From the NCBI RefSeq assembly GCF_001194135.2, contig NC_068988.1, positions 72,696,080-72,739,868 on the forward strand: a DNA stretch of 43,789 nt. The letters run 5' to 3'. Both the position numbers and the translations under genes were made by a program. Under the pieces are notes generated by a model that made no database searches, had not been told where the DNA came from, and saw nothing but the letters and a program-made list of their open reading frames with translations. This DNA is from Octopus bimaculoides (Eukaryota). Shown piece after piece: positions 1-11,805 of this stretch. The stretch's first letter is position 1, and each line of letters opens with the position of its first letter.

Positions 1-905
1 ACACTCTGGAAAATGTATTTCTGTAAAATGTTGGGAGTGGGTAAATTTCCGAGGGTTCCATTCCACTCCACCCCGTTTTTCGGACCCAAAAGAGGGGTAG
101 CATATTAGGAGGTCACTCGAATTCATTCAACGAAAAAAAAATTTCCAATGATTCTGGGATATGGGGGATCCGGTTTCCCGCCACCCATCCACCCCTTTTC
201 CAAACAAAAAGAAGGGGTTTGCAGCATATTAGGAGGTCAGGGTACTTGATTCCACGCAAAAAATTCCAGCTTTTTTTTCTTCTTTTTTTAGAGAAAATCG
301 TGCGGGTGAAAGGATAAAAATTTACCAAAACAAATTACATCTTCCTTGTTTATAATTTAATGAGTTTATATTGTGCTATGGTCTATATCTTTTATATTAA
401 AAACTATACAAAATGTTCAACGTGACACACTTTCGGTATTAATAGGTAGACCTTCTCTCCCAATTAGTATTGTAAACAGAGGGTTTACTTTGTGTGTGTA
501 TGTGTGTGTGTATGAGAGAGACTTCATTTAATTCCTCATTATCGGGACATAAGTATCTCATTATTCTTGGGTAGTAGCGGCCCTTTTTACTAATTATAAT
601 AGAGTAAATAGATGTCTGGTGGTTATAAGTTCCTCGTGCAATATCATAACAACAAGAATATCTTAACAATGTTCTAAACGATAACAGTATTTTAAGAATA
701 TACGTATAGGTGATATCTCAAATAAAGCTGAAATTCTTGTATCTTAATGTATTGTGTACAATTTGTCATGCCAATCTGTCTGGTGCCATCTGTAATCATA
801 CTCCTGATTTCATGTCCAATTAGCATAAACCACAGCTAATTGAACATACTAGTTCAGAAATAGTTGAATAAAATAAATGATAGTAATTTAATCTATCTTT
901 TACAG

Positions 906-959
906 CGGTGACATCATCATCAACGAAATATATCCCAAGTATGGAAAACTATTTATAAA
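906..959 (+). CDS. Candidate orphan internal exon of an unidentified gene (GDIIINEIYPKYGKLFI)
   Basis: atctatcttttacag| acceptor and AA|gtaagt donor; only one of three frames is open over 54 nt. No homology recognised. Confidence 0.3.
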
Positions 960-2149
960 GTAAGTTAGTCATATTAATGACAAGTTTGGTTTAAGGTTGA
1001 GTGTTTAGTGATATTTTTTTCTTTTAGAGATCAAATTCCACTCATGCGTACCTTACTTTTCATTCCACTGGTTTAACAGAATAAGTACCAACTACATACT
1101 GGTCAATTCACTGCAAATTCTTGTTCCAATGTAGGAAATTATTACTGATGAGTGATTCCGCTCTCGATGCCTGCTTTTGGTGTTTTTGTTGGACATACAT
1201 TTATAAGTTTAAAGCTATGACTTCTTTACAAAAATAACATCGTCCCGATAGATGCCTAATCAACTTCCTTACGGTATCCTCTCAATATAGAAATCTACAA
1301 TGTTCCTTCACTTTGTTGTCTAGCACTATATATACTTCTTTTAATCTATCGCTATACACAGACATTGCAAAAATAAATGGACACCATTTTTTTTTTTTTT
1401 TAGAGAGAGAGAGATTTATTTCTAGAAACGAAATAATGTCATTTGATGCATTGATGCATCTAAATACTTAATCTAGCATTTAGTAGACATGCTTTGTGTA
1501 GTTTTTATTGATTTAATCCGTTTGGGCATTGTACTAACGAGTGGTGTCCGTACAGACAAAATAGAATAATAAGAGACGTCTATTTACTTCTGAGGTGTCT
1601 GTGTACCTTTAGAAAGCAGACGGTAAAAGTTGGTCATAGAAAGTAGGCGCTAAAAGATTCGAACCAGTGCAGCATAACAGTCAATTGAATTGATAAAGAA
1701 AGTCATCTGTACGTGATCAGGGAATTAGAATGTATATGCACGATAATTTGGATATTCGAAATGTATCCAGAAGGATATATTTCTGGAATTTGGATCATTT
1801 TTCAGAAATATAAAATAAACTAAAGTAGATAAACTAATTTGGAGATCCTCAGTTTCGCTTTTGTTGTTCAACATTTAATATTGCTTTGGCAGTCAGTGAT
1901 TAATTTTTCTTTCTTTCTGAACTCGTACCTGTGATCAGCTTCTCATAGGTTTAGAACATTTTCTATTGCTGCTCATTTGTGTTATTGTTGTGCGAACACA
2001 TACACATATACATGTATTGCAAATGTACACAAAGGTTGTCTCAGGACAATCTGCGGTTATTCACTAAAAGACAGAATGTCTAATGTCGACCCGTTTAGTT
2101 AGTGTAAGATTGATTGAATCGAGAGTTTCCTTATGCTGTCACAATTGTG

Positions 2150-2600
2150 CTGCGCTGTTCGTATCGTCAAAATGAGGGATGAAAGAATTCCTAAGGTCTT
2201 CATGAACAGCCAGCATGATGGTGGACACAGAAATTTTGGTCGCCCATGGCTCAGATATAAGGATAAGCTGAAGAATAACCTCTCCGCAGCCAATATAGCT
2301 CCCAACACCTTTGAACAAACAGCCTTGGAGAGAACACAATGGAAATCATCGTGTCAAAATGGTATAAGGACTTTGTTTCAACCAGCATTACCAGGCTAAG
2401 GAGTGCAACGCAAAGGAGAAAGGCGGCTGCCAATATACCGCCTGCACTAACCCGCAATCCTTATACTTGCAATATTTGCGGGCTTCTTCGCAAATCGTTG
2501 GTGGGACTCAAACGTCACATTCGGCATAAGGATTATGACTGACAAAGAAAATGTAGGTTGTCGGAACCTCATACGTCGAAATCGACGGGAGAGACTATCA
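2150..2600 (+). mobile_element. RTE-clade LINE, 5'-truncated ORF2 C-terminus with C2H2 finger
   Basis: MRDERIPKVF..GGHRNFGRPWLRYKDKLKNNL..FEQTALERTQWK, then by frameshift YTCNICG..SLVGLKRHIRH; typical RTE ORF2 end. Confidence 0.85.
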
Positions 2601-3329
2601 TATATATTTTATCTCAACAGGGACTATATAAAGCCAAGATTGATTTAAACGCATCACAGTCCAATGATGGTTTAACTGACCGAAACTTCGAAGTCTCTAT
2701 CAATACTATTGATGCTAAAGAATAATAATCTTGTACTCTACAAAAGCATGGAGTAATGCTTCAGATTAATTTAAAATTAGTTTTATTATCATTATTATTA
2801 TTATATATANNNNNNNNNNNNNNNNNNNNNNNNNNNNNNNNNNNNNNNNNNNNNNNNNNNNNNNNNNNNNNNNNNNNNNNNNNNNNNNNNNNNNNNNNNN
2901 NNNNNNNNNNNNNNNNNNNNNNNNNNNNATATATATATATGGCAAGAAGAAAATGGAGGGAATCCAGAGGTAGTATTCATCAGTTGTTAGACATTATATT
3001 ATTTCTATCTATTTATTTTAAACAGTTCAGATCATATATGAATACATGTGTAAATTATTAGTAATTTCTAGAATAGAGAAAGAAGAGCAATTTCTTACAG
3101 CAGTTTCAGCCAAGAGGTCACAGTACCCCATATGTTATTTCCATCTTTTCAGTGTATTGTATATCTGGAGATAAAATTAGGGTACTTGGGTATGCCTCTA
3201 GACTTCGCCAGAGAGTTTTATAAGGTAGTCCAAGAAGTTCATAGGGTTAATTTATGCATATATAAATATACAGGCTTCGTCAGAGAGTTTTTTATAAGAT
3301 AGTCCAAGAAGTTCATAGGGCTAATTTAT

Positions 3330-3710
3330 GCATATATAAATATATATATACATAAATATATATATATATATATACATTTACACATACACACCCATACATA
3401 CATGCATGCATGCATACATACATACATACATACACACATGCATGTATATACTTATAACAAAATTAGTTATTAGTAGTTGTAGTACAATATTCTTATTAGT
3501 GCATGCATAAAAAGAGAAAGAGAAAGAAAAAGAGAAATAACAGTATAATCGAAGAAAATAATGGAGTTTGAGAGGATTACAGTTTTTTAGAACTGAAAAT
3601 GCACACAGAAGGAGAAATACATATATATACATACATACAAATATAGATACATACATATATACATATACAAATATATATACGCATACATATACACACATAT
3701 ATTTCATGCG
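3330..3710. repeat. Compound (TA)/(CATA)/(GAAA) simple-repeat region
   Basis: Seen directly. Confidence 0.85.
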
Positions 3711-3821
3711 TTAGGTAAGGTGTATTTCTGCAATGGTTCGTATTGTCCTTGCATATAAATAAATTAATTAATGAATGAACTATTGTACACACATAGATGT
3801 ACCTATACATATACACAAATA

Positions 3822-4630
3822 GGATCTTTGTAATTTGACGGGCAACATTTTTTTTATGTAGTGTTTTTGGTACCGAAACACTTTCAAACTTCGAATACTT
3901 GTATATTTTGTGTTATAGAACAGATAAAAAATTTTGTATTCTAAGTTGTTTCATGTAAAAAATTGTCGTATTTCGGTAATTTCAACCAATCACTGACGTC
4001 TATTGAGGTGAAAACAATTACGACGGGGAATGTAAAGAACGGTCCTACGGAATTTTTTCCCTTGAATAAAATTAGTGCCGTTGTTTGTCAACAAAAACTA
4101 TCCGTTGTCAACAACAACTATCAGTGGTATATATTTCGTTTGTTAGTTATTTATGACATCATTCGTGCGTTTGTACTGGTTTTAGCTTTAGAGTTTTAGG
4201 GNNNNNNNNNNGTTATTTATGACATCATTCGTGCGTTTGTACTGGTTTTAGCTTTAGAGTTTTAGGGTTAGGGTTCGGGTTTTAGAGTTAGGGTTAGTTT
4301 TAGGATTACGGTTAGGGTTATGATTATTTTTGCCATAACCTTAACTCTAACCCTATAACCCATAACCATAACCCTAACCCTAACCCCAACCTTAACCCTA
4401 AAACCCTAACCCTAAAACCCTAACTCTAAAACCCGAACCCGAACCCTAAAACCCTAAACCCTTACTAGGGAATAATGATATAATTTAACATGAAATAACT
4501 TGCGATGTATAATTTTTTGTTAAGAAGGTTAAGAGAAGAAGTTGTTTTATATGACACATTCTACCAGTGTCCCAAGTTTGAAAGTGTTTCGTTAAGAAAA
4601 CAAGTGTTGCCCGTCAAATCACAAAGATCC
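3822..4630. mobile_element. Non-autonomous DNA transposon (Merlin-like: GG..CC ends, 8-bp TSD) containing telomere-like repeats
   Basis: TIR ggatctttgt(a/g)atttgacgggcaaca at both ends, imperfectly extending about 150 bp; perfect TSD cacaaata (3814-3821, 4631-4638). Superfamily is inferred from the termini and TSD length. Confidence 0.8.
4180..4463. repeat. Degenerate (TTAGGG)n followed by (CCCTAA)n
   Basis: ttagggttagggttcgggttttagagttagggtt... then taaccctaaccctaaccccaaccttaaccctaaaacc... Confidence 0.9.
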
Positions 4631-6004
4631 CACAAATATATGATGCATTTATAGTTGAGGGCCAGAAATCATGGTTCCCATTATGGGGTGAAAGTTTATA
4701 TCAATAGTTATAATAGCAGTTGGTACTAAATTAGTAAATGTTTTAAATCTCCGGTCAGTTAACAAGATACTGTATTATCTTCCGTTATTTTTTCCGTTAA
4801 CAAGTTGCTGAATCTCTATAGTTAATGAGGAGGGGGTTGTGGTCGTTCGCGTAATCTAATTGGTCTGCTAATTTATTTGAAAGGCCATGACGCTGCTATG
4901 GTTAGTTGGTGGTTAACAGATAATACAAACAAACTACATAAAAATTATATGCATGAAAACATAGAAGCAAATAATTCATATTTAACTATGTGTAGGTGTG
5001 AGAGAAAAAATTGACATTGAGACTTGATTCGATTAGATTTAATTAAATTAAATTATATTAAATTAAGAATTATAGAAATAAAAATAAAAAGTTGATGAGC
5101 GAATAGGTTAGTGAATATACTATAATAGGTTATAGTGATATGACTAGGGGATGTGGTTTTTAGATTATTTACGAGAAATAAGGTATTACAAATGTATGAA
5201 ACCGTTTATTATTAAATATGTGAAAACGTGTATCCGTCTAGTTGTTCAATTAATCATTTATTTTTAGACCACCTGTCTATTTAGTTATTTAATTTTAATT
5301 ATTTAATTTTCATTTTAGTGCTTTATTTCACTGGGGGTACCAACTAATAGTAGAATGTTTATATTTCGCCATTTTTAATTTTATTGTAGACATTTTTTCA
5401 TCATGTTATTTATTATTTTAATAGTTGAAGGGGGATAACTCTTTATTCACCTTTATGAAAATAATATACTTAAAACCATCAGATAGTAAACTAATCAGTT
5501 AAATAGGTAATGAATTAATCAATTAATTTAATAATAAATCAATCAATTGGTTGTGTATAGGGGTTTCATTCCTACATATATACACTGACAAAATTCTGTG
5601 CTGTATAAATATATGTATGCATACACACATACATATATATATACATACATATGCATACAGATATATATGCACATACAAATTTGATTCAGTCTTGGGGATA
5701 GTACTAAATAATGTTATTATTCTGCATATTTGTGGATTTTAATTCAATTATTTGATTTTATTATTAAAGATGAGTTAGTCTATGTGTATTTGTTTAAGGT
5801 ATATTAATAGATGGGGTATTAATGTCATTGCTTATATCATGTTCATGTATATTATTATTATCATTATATGAGTGTGGGAAAATATAGCATTTGTATAACA
5901 TAATGGCGGGGGTGATGGTTTTTATATCTGTTCGTACTCTTGCTACAATCCTATCAAATATAATTAAGAGAAATAAATAAGATTAAATAAATTATAGGTA
6001 TGCC

Positions 6005-6051
<47 letters not shown>

Positions 6052-7324
6052 AAGGTACGATTCTAAAGTATATCACCTAATTATTATACTCAGTAGGGTA
6101 ATTGCCACGCAATAACCAACATTTGTGTATTAATTAGGTATTCTACCAGCAGTATATTGGATAGATATTCACACTTAGTTGTTGATTGGATTCACAACCT
6201 CTAACTTACTTTCTTTATCATCATCATCATCATCATCGTTTAACGTCCGCTTTCCATGCTANNNNNNNNNNNNNNNNNNNNNNNNNNNNNNNNNNNNNNN
6301 NNNNNNNNNNNNNNNNNNNNNNNNNNNNNNNNNNNNNNNNNNNNNNNNNNNNNNNNNNNNNAGTATTTGTGAAATGTTAACACTATATCTATTTGTCATG
6401 TCAAAATTTTTCTTTTCTAGTTTCATTCTGTGATACAGAAATGTACAAACCATGATCTTTTGAATAATGACAGCCTCTGGTTTTTTTTTTTTTTTTTGTT
6501 CTTAAGTCGACTTTGCACTAATTGTTAGATAACATATTGATTGCAATACAATACACATATTGCTCTATTTATTTCCAAATCAGAATTTTTCGGTTCAGCA
6601 TAGGTTCAAAAATATGAGGCTGAAACAGAACAGCTGACAGCAAAGAGAAAGAAAGACAGCTAAATCAAAGAAAACCAGACCAAAATAACTGAAATAAATG
6701 TCTGAATGCATATGTAGGCGTAGAGAATATGATTCTGTTTTTGCTTTACATGACAGATTGGCTAGGGTGTCTCAAGAAAAGTATAATCTACTTCGATTCA
6801 CTGAGCCAACTTTCACAAATATCTCGTGTAAATTAGTAGTGAGATACAAACAGTAACAACAGTGCAAACAAACAGGGTGTTGAGAGATCAAACCAAATAT
6901 GTATGTACAGTAGTAGAATAGATGTGAAAACTTTCAAACTAGAAACAAGTTTGTTGAAGGGTTAACACTGAATACCAATTTTGATGAATTTAAAAACAGA
7001 CTGTCTTTTCCGTTATACACCCACAAAATGCAGAGAGTCTCTCCAACAATGTTTGCTCACATTACAAAGGTTGCAGATGGTTTGCTGAATCGAAATCCAT
7101 AAACTGTTTTCAGGGGAAAGTAAAACTTGACAAATGACATCCTCCTACACCAAATATTCTTAGGTACTTTAATGTTGCTCAAATAGGAAATAGCTTGCTG
7201 GAAAATATACGCTCATATAACAATGTGCTGTCATTCATTTTTCTGGGTTGCAGAGAAATCACAGTCCCAGGATTTATTTAGTCCTACATCATACCAGTTT
7301 TGCACAAGCAACTGCTAGTGTGTC

Positions 7325-7771
7325 ATCGTCGTCATTTAACGTCCGCTTTCCATGCTAGCATGGGTTGGACGATTTGACTGAGGACTGGTGAAACCAGATG
7401 GCTACACCAGGCTCCAATCTGATTTGGCAGAGTTTCTACAGCTGGATGCCCTTCCTAACGCCAACCACACCGAGAGTGTAGTGGGTGCTTTTACATGCCA
7501 CCGGCACGAAGGCCAGTCAGGTGGTACTGGCAACGGCCACGCTCAAAATGGTGTATTTTACGTGCCACCTACACAGGAGCCAGTTCGGCAGCACTGGCAA
7601 TGATCTCGCTTGAATGTCTTTACATATGCCAACTGGCACAAGTGCCAGGAAGGCGATGCTGGGCACAAGTGCCAGGAAGGCGATGCTGGGCACAGGTGCC
7701 ATGATGATTTCGCTTTCACTTGCCCCAACAGATCTTCACAAGCCGAGTTTCGTGTCCAATGAAGGAGATGA
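7325..7771 (-). mobile_element. RTE LINE 3' UTR fragment (young family)
   Basis: Reverse complement ends ccaacccatgctagcatggaaagcggacgttaaatgacgacga; nearly identical to 10784-11180 and to the 3' UTR following RTE ORF2 at 37010-38006. Confidence 0.85.
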
Positions 7772-7789
7772 CGTGTGTGTGTATATATA

Positions 7790-8764
7790 TGTAGACGACC
7801 GTGCAAACCAAAGGAGAAATGGTGACAAATGGAAACAGGCTCCTTTTTAACTCGTCACACGGTCAACACAAAATATATGAGATATGTTATAATACTATAA
7901 CATAGAGAATTCGTAAATGCCAGTAAGGTAAAGATAGAAGATGACTCAACCGATAAAGATGAATAACAGTAAGGTTTATTAGGGCATTAAACTGTATGTC
8001 TGTGTGTGAGTGAATGCGACATAATAAAACACAATATAAGACAGGCCGTCATGTAAACAAAGAGTGTGTATACAAATATATGTATGTGAATGCAAGAGAT
8101 ACAGAGTATAGATAAGAGTCAGTAACACGGATAAGAAAATACCAGTTCTGTTACGGTAAACAGTAGTTAGAAAGTCTGTATATAAGAGGTTACGGTTGAG
8201 ACAGAGCTAAGTCACTTGTCGTGCAGTTGAGGCTTCTATGCCGGGCCGGATTCTTGATACAGATGGTTTCTCACAGGTGTCGAATTCTGGCTGTTATTTC
8301 GTGGTGAGCAAATCACACAAACAGGGTTGAGAAGAGAAGCTATGGTTGCTTGTGTACGTGGAGAAGTCATGTTGATGTTGGCGACGTTGGGGACGAAAGT
8401 TGTAGTAATCAGTTGAACGATGGTGTTGATGTCGTCGCTGGAAACTGGCTGGCTGTGTTACGTGTGTGGTCAACGACCAGATCTTAGAAGATCTGAAGCC
8501 GCGACCAAGTGGCGCGTATAAAGCATGCTATTTATAGGTACAGATAGGCTCCAGAAAGCATCAGAAAAACACTCTCTCACGTGACCTTATTAGATGGTCA
8601 CGGTTGGTCGGTTTGCACCCTGGCACGAAAGGACTGGAAACAATTGCCGCGCAAATAATAGTCAGTCAGGTGATGGACAACAGCTGGGTCCAAGGCGGGA
8701 AAGAGATGTTACCTGCTACGTTCGCATTTGTAAATAAATAACCGAGAGAAGTGGTTTCACTACA
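7790..8764 (-). mobile_element. Solo LTR inserted in a (TA)n tract
   Basis: Termini TGTAG...CTACA flanked by tata on both sides; minus-strand TATAAATA (8529-8536) upstream of AATAAA (7975-7980); CpG-richer than the flanks. Confidence 0.65.
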
Positions 8765-8825
8765 TATATATATGCCCACTTTTGCATAGCAGAAAGTAAT
8801 GCAAAAGAAGATATAACTAACTGAC

Positions 8826-9851
8826 CTGGGTCATTCAAATCGCACACGATGGTAAAGTAACCCTTTCTCTATAGTAATTGTTCTTTCTGTTCCACATTAC
8901 AAGCAAATAATGAGGCCCAAGCAGGAGCAACATGTAGTCATTGAGTTCTTGATGAAGGAGTGAAGACTGTCCAAAATCTGTAGAAGGCTACAGGTTGTTT
9001 ACAGAAATGACACTATTTGGCAAGAGCAATATGCACAGATGGATGAAGAAGCTTACAGAAAGAGAAACCAGCATTGAAGACAAAACACTGACTGGAAACC
9101 ATCGACCTCAACCACTGACACGAATCACCAGCGAGTGGACAAACTGATTCCTGCGGACAGATGAGTCACAATCCATGAGCTTGCTGCACAACTGCAGTGT
9201 GGTTATGCTTTTTTCCGAACTTCTGACAGGGGATGAAACAAGCCATATCTTTATAATCTGGAAACGAAGGCTCAGTCCACGGAATGGCGTCACACCTCTC
9301 TCTTCTCGCAAGATCTAAGGAGTTCAAGAGCCAGCGATCAGTACAGAAAGTCATGGTGACTGTTTTCACAGAAAACAAGAACATCATTCTCTTTGATTTC
9401 TGGAATGTGGCTGTACCATGAACAGCGAGTGGGACATTGAGGCACTAAAAAAGCTTAGTGAAGCCATTTGGAAGGAAAGACCTAACAAGTCTGAAAAAGA
9501 TCCATATTCATCACGACAAACACCTTTGATAATAATTCAGATAATCAGTAAACTAAACTGATCAGTGCTCCCCAACACCCCCTCCACCATGGATTTGGTA
9601 CCTTCTGATTGCCAACTGCTCAGTTCAATGAAGGACAGTCTTTGGGGCAAAGATTTGACCATAACAACAAGATGAAGAAACAAGCACAACGGTGCACACC
9701 TGAATATTTTCAAAGAGAATTCGAAAGCTTGTTTCAACGATGGTGCAAATGCATCACTAGTGATGGAGACTATGATAAATAGTACCTGTGTCCAATCTAA
9801 ATGACCTGTGTCGATTAATAAAGTTGCCAGCAGGCACGATTTGAATAAGAG
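8826..9851 (+). mobile_element. Decayed mariner transposon
   Basis: Broken frames give MRPKQEQHVVIEFL..ICRRLQVVY (HTH), LTGDET, KVM-TVF and the C-terminal RWCKCITSDGDY; imperfect TIR cattcaaatcgcac / gcacgatttgaata. Confidence 0.8.
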
Positions 9852-10270
9852 CTTTGAACAGAAGCCATGAAATTGTTGAGAAAAGTTTAGTCAATTAAAA
9901 CAACTTCAGTATCTGTCTGGTAGTCATTTTGTTGAACTTGGAAGGAAGAAGGCCAAGTGAAACTCATGTCTTAAAAGTATGAAACTAAAAGTATGGCATC
10001 ATCTTTAACTATCTCCACTTTACCAAGAATTATAATTGAATCAAGCATCACATAAAGAAGTATAAGACAATCTTGAAGTAATGTAAAAGTGGTGAGGAGT
10101 TAATGGCATCATGTCCAGTGATCATGGAGATCACTCCAAGTTTGGGGTGAGAACTGACAAGCTATAGTAGTCAGAATCAAGAATGATGATTTGTAATATA
10201 GACAAAATAACTTATTGGAATTGGCAAAGGAAGGTTAATTGAACCAAAAAGTTTTTACCTTTACTTATTC

Positions 10271-10696
10271 ATCATCATCATCAACATCATCATCATTACC
10301 TTCATCATCATAATCATTTAACATCTGTTTTCCATACTGACAGGGGTTGAAGGGCTTGACAGAAACTGACAAGGCCGGAAAACGCACCAGATTTCATAGT
10401 TTATTTTGGCTTGGTTTCTACAACTTCCTAATGTCACCTATTTTACAGAGTGTACTGGACACTTTTTACGTAGCACAGGCACATATGCTTTTCACATGGC
10501 ACCTTGATTTCTAGATATCAATTCTGATGTGGTGGGTGGATCTTCTTGAGTACAGCAATGTGTCACATTTCTCTGTCTTCAGTCATCTACTTCATAAGGC
10601 TCAGCGTTTTGAGATCGGCCTTCAATACTTCATCCCATGTCTTCTTGGGTCTCCCTCTTCCACTACTTCCCTCCACTTTAAGTGATCGGCACTTCT
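10271..10696 (-). mobile_element. Older RTE LINE 3' fragment
   Basis: Minus strand KKCRSLKVEGSSGRGRPKKTWDEVLKADLK followed by a 3' UTR and (GAT)n tail. Confidence 0.8.
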
Positions 10697-10783
10697 TTAT
10701 TATTATTGTTATTATTATTTCTCTTTATTACAGGTTTTATTGGAGCTCCTGGAGTCTTGCATTATCATTATTATTATTACCAA

Positions 10784-11180
10784 AACTCGGCTTGTGAAGA
10801 CCTGTTGGGGCAAGCGAAAGCAAAATCATGATGGCACTTGTGCCCAGCGTCGCCTTCCTGGCATTTGTGCTGGTGGCATGTGTAAAAACATTCGAGCGAG
10901 ATCGTGCCAGTTTCATTGGACTGGCTCCTGTGCAGGTGGCACGTAAAATACACCACTTTGAGTGTGGTCGTTGCCAGTACCACCTGACTGGCCTTCGTGC
11001 CGGTGGCCCGTAAAAGCACCCACTACACTCTTGGAGTGGTTGGCGTTAGGAAGGGCATCCAGCTGTAGAAACTCTGCCAAATCAGATTGGGGCCTGGTGT
11101 AGCCATCCGGTTCGCCAGTCCCCAGTCAAATCGTCCAACCCATGGAAAGCGGACGTTAACCGATGATGATGATGATGATG
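10784..11180 (+). mobile_element. RTE LINE 3' UTR fragment (young family)
   Basis: ggcgttaggaagggcatccagctgtagaaac...ccaacccatggaaagcggacgttaaccgatgatgat. Confidence 0.85.
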
Positions 11181-11216
<36 letters not shown>

Positions 11217-11535
11217 TCCGCCTTAGAGAAGGTGGAGGTATTGTTTTCAGTCGTATTTGTTTGTTTGTTTAAGAATCGCTGGATGGATTTGAATGAAACT
11301 TTCAGGGATGTTTGGCCTCGTGACTGGCACAAACTGATTAGATTTTGGGATCAATCCAATACCGGACAAGGATTCTGGATTAATTTTTGAGTGTGGTCAG
11401 GTTCATTTTTAGTATTCTCGTTTGTGAGAGCAGTCGTGTTTATTTCAGATATTCTCATTTTAAAAATCATCTCCAGCTAATCGTTAAGAGGACATTGGTG
11501 TTGCCTTGGCGGAGGTTTGCACTCTCTGAGTGCTC

Positions 11536-11599
<64 letters not shown>

Positions 11600-11600
11600 T
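11161..11600. repeat. (GAT)n(ATT)n microsatellite split by the Helentron-type insertion
   Basis: (ATT)n at 11181-11213 and 11538-11600. Confidence 0.9.
11212..11540 (+). mobile_element. Helentron-type non-autonomous element (HINE/DINE-1-like)
   Basis: 5' subTIR cctccgcc (11215) pairs with ggcggagg (11508-11515); 3' hairpin gcactc-tct-gagtgc (11519-11533); short gttt repeat; sits in an (ATT)n tract. Confidence 0.75.
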
Positions 11601-11602
11601 TT

Positions 11603-11805
11603 AAGGCGGCAAGCTTGCAGAATCATTGGCATGCCAAGCAAAATGCTTTACAGAATTTCGTTTGTCTTTACATTCTGAGTTCAAATTCCGCCAATGTCAA
11701 CTTTACCATTAATCCTTTCGAGGTCGACAAAATAAGTACCAGTTGATCACTGGGATAGATGTATTCAACTTACCTTTCTCCCGAAATTGCTGGCCTTGAG
11801 CCAAA
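11603..11805 (+). mobile_element. tRNA-derived SINE family B
   Basis: gcagaatcattggc head, gagttcaaattccgcc B-box, cctttcgaggtcgacaaaataagtaccag body; same family at 13653, 13879, 17640 and 19281. Confidence 0.8.

Noticed and set aside
4144-4268. 57-bp direct repeat on both sides of the short N gap
   Set aside because: Exact duplication around a 10-N gap; typical unmerged contig overlap, not biology.
4180-4463. Ancient chromosome end-to-end fusion site
   Set aside because: The array lies inside TIRs with a perfect TSD, so it arrived with a transposon.
7620-7700. CRISPR-like short direct repeats
   Set aside because: Adjacent repeats without unique spacers, inside a LINE 3' UTR in eukaryotic DNA.
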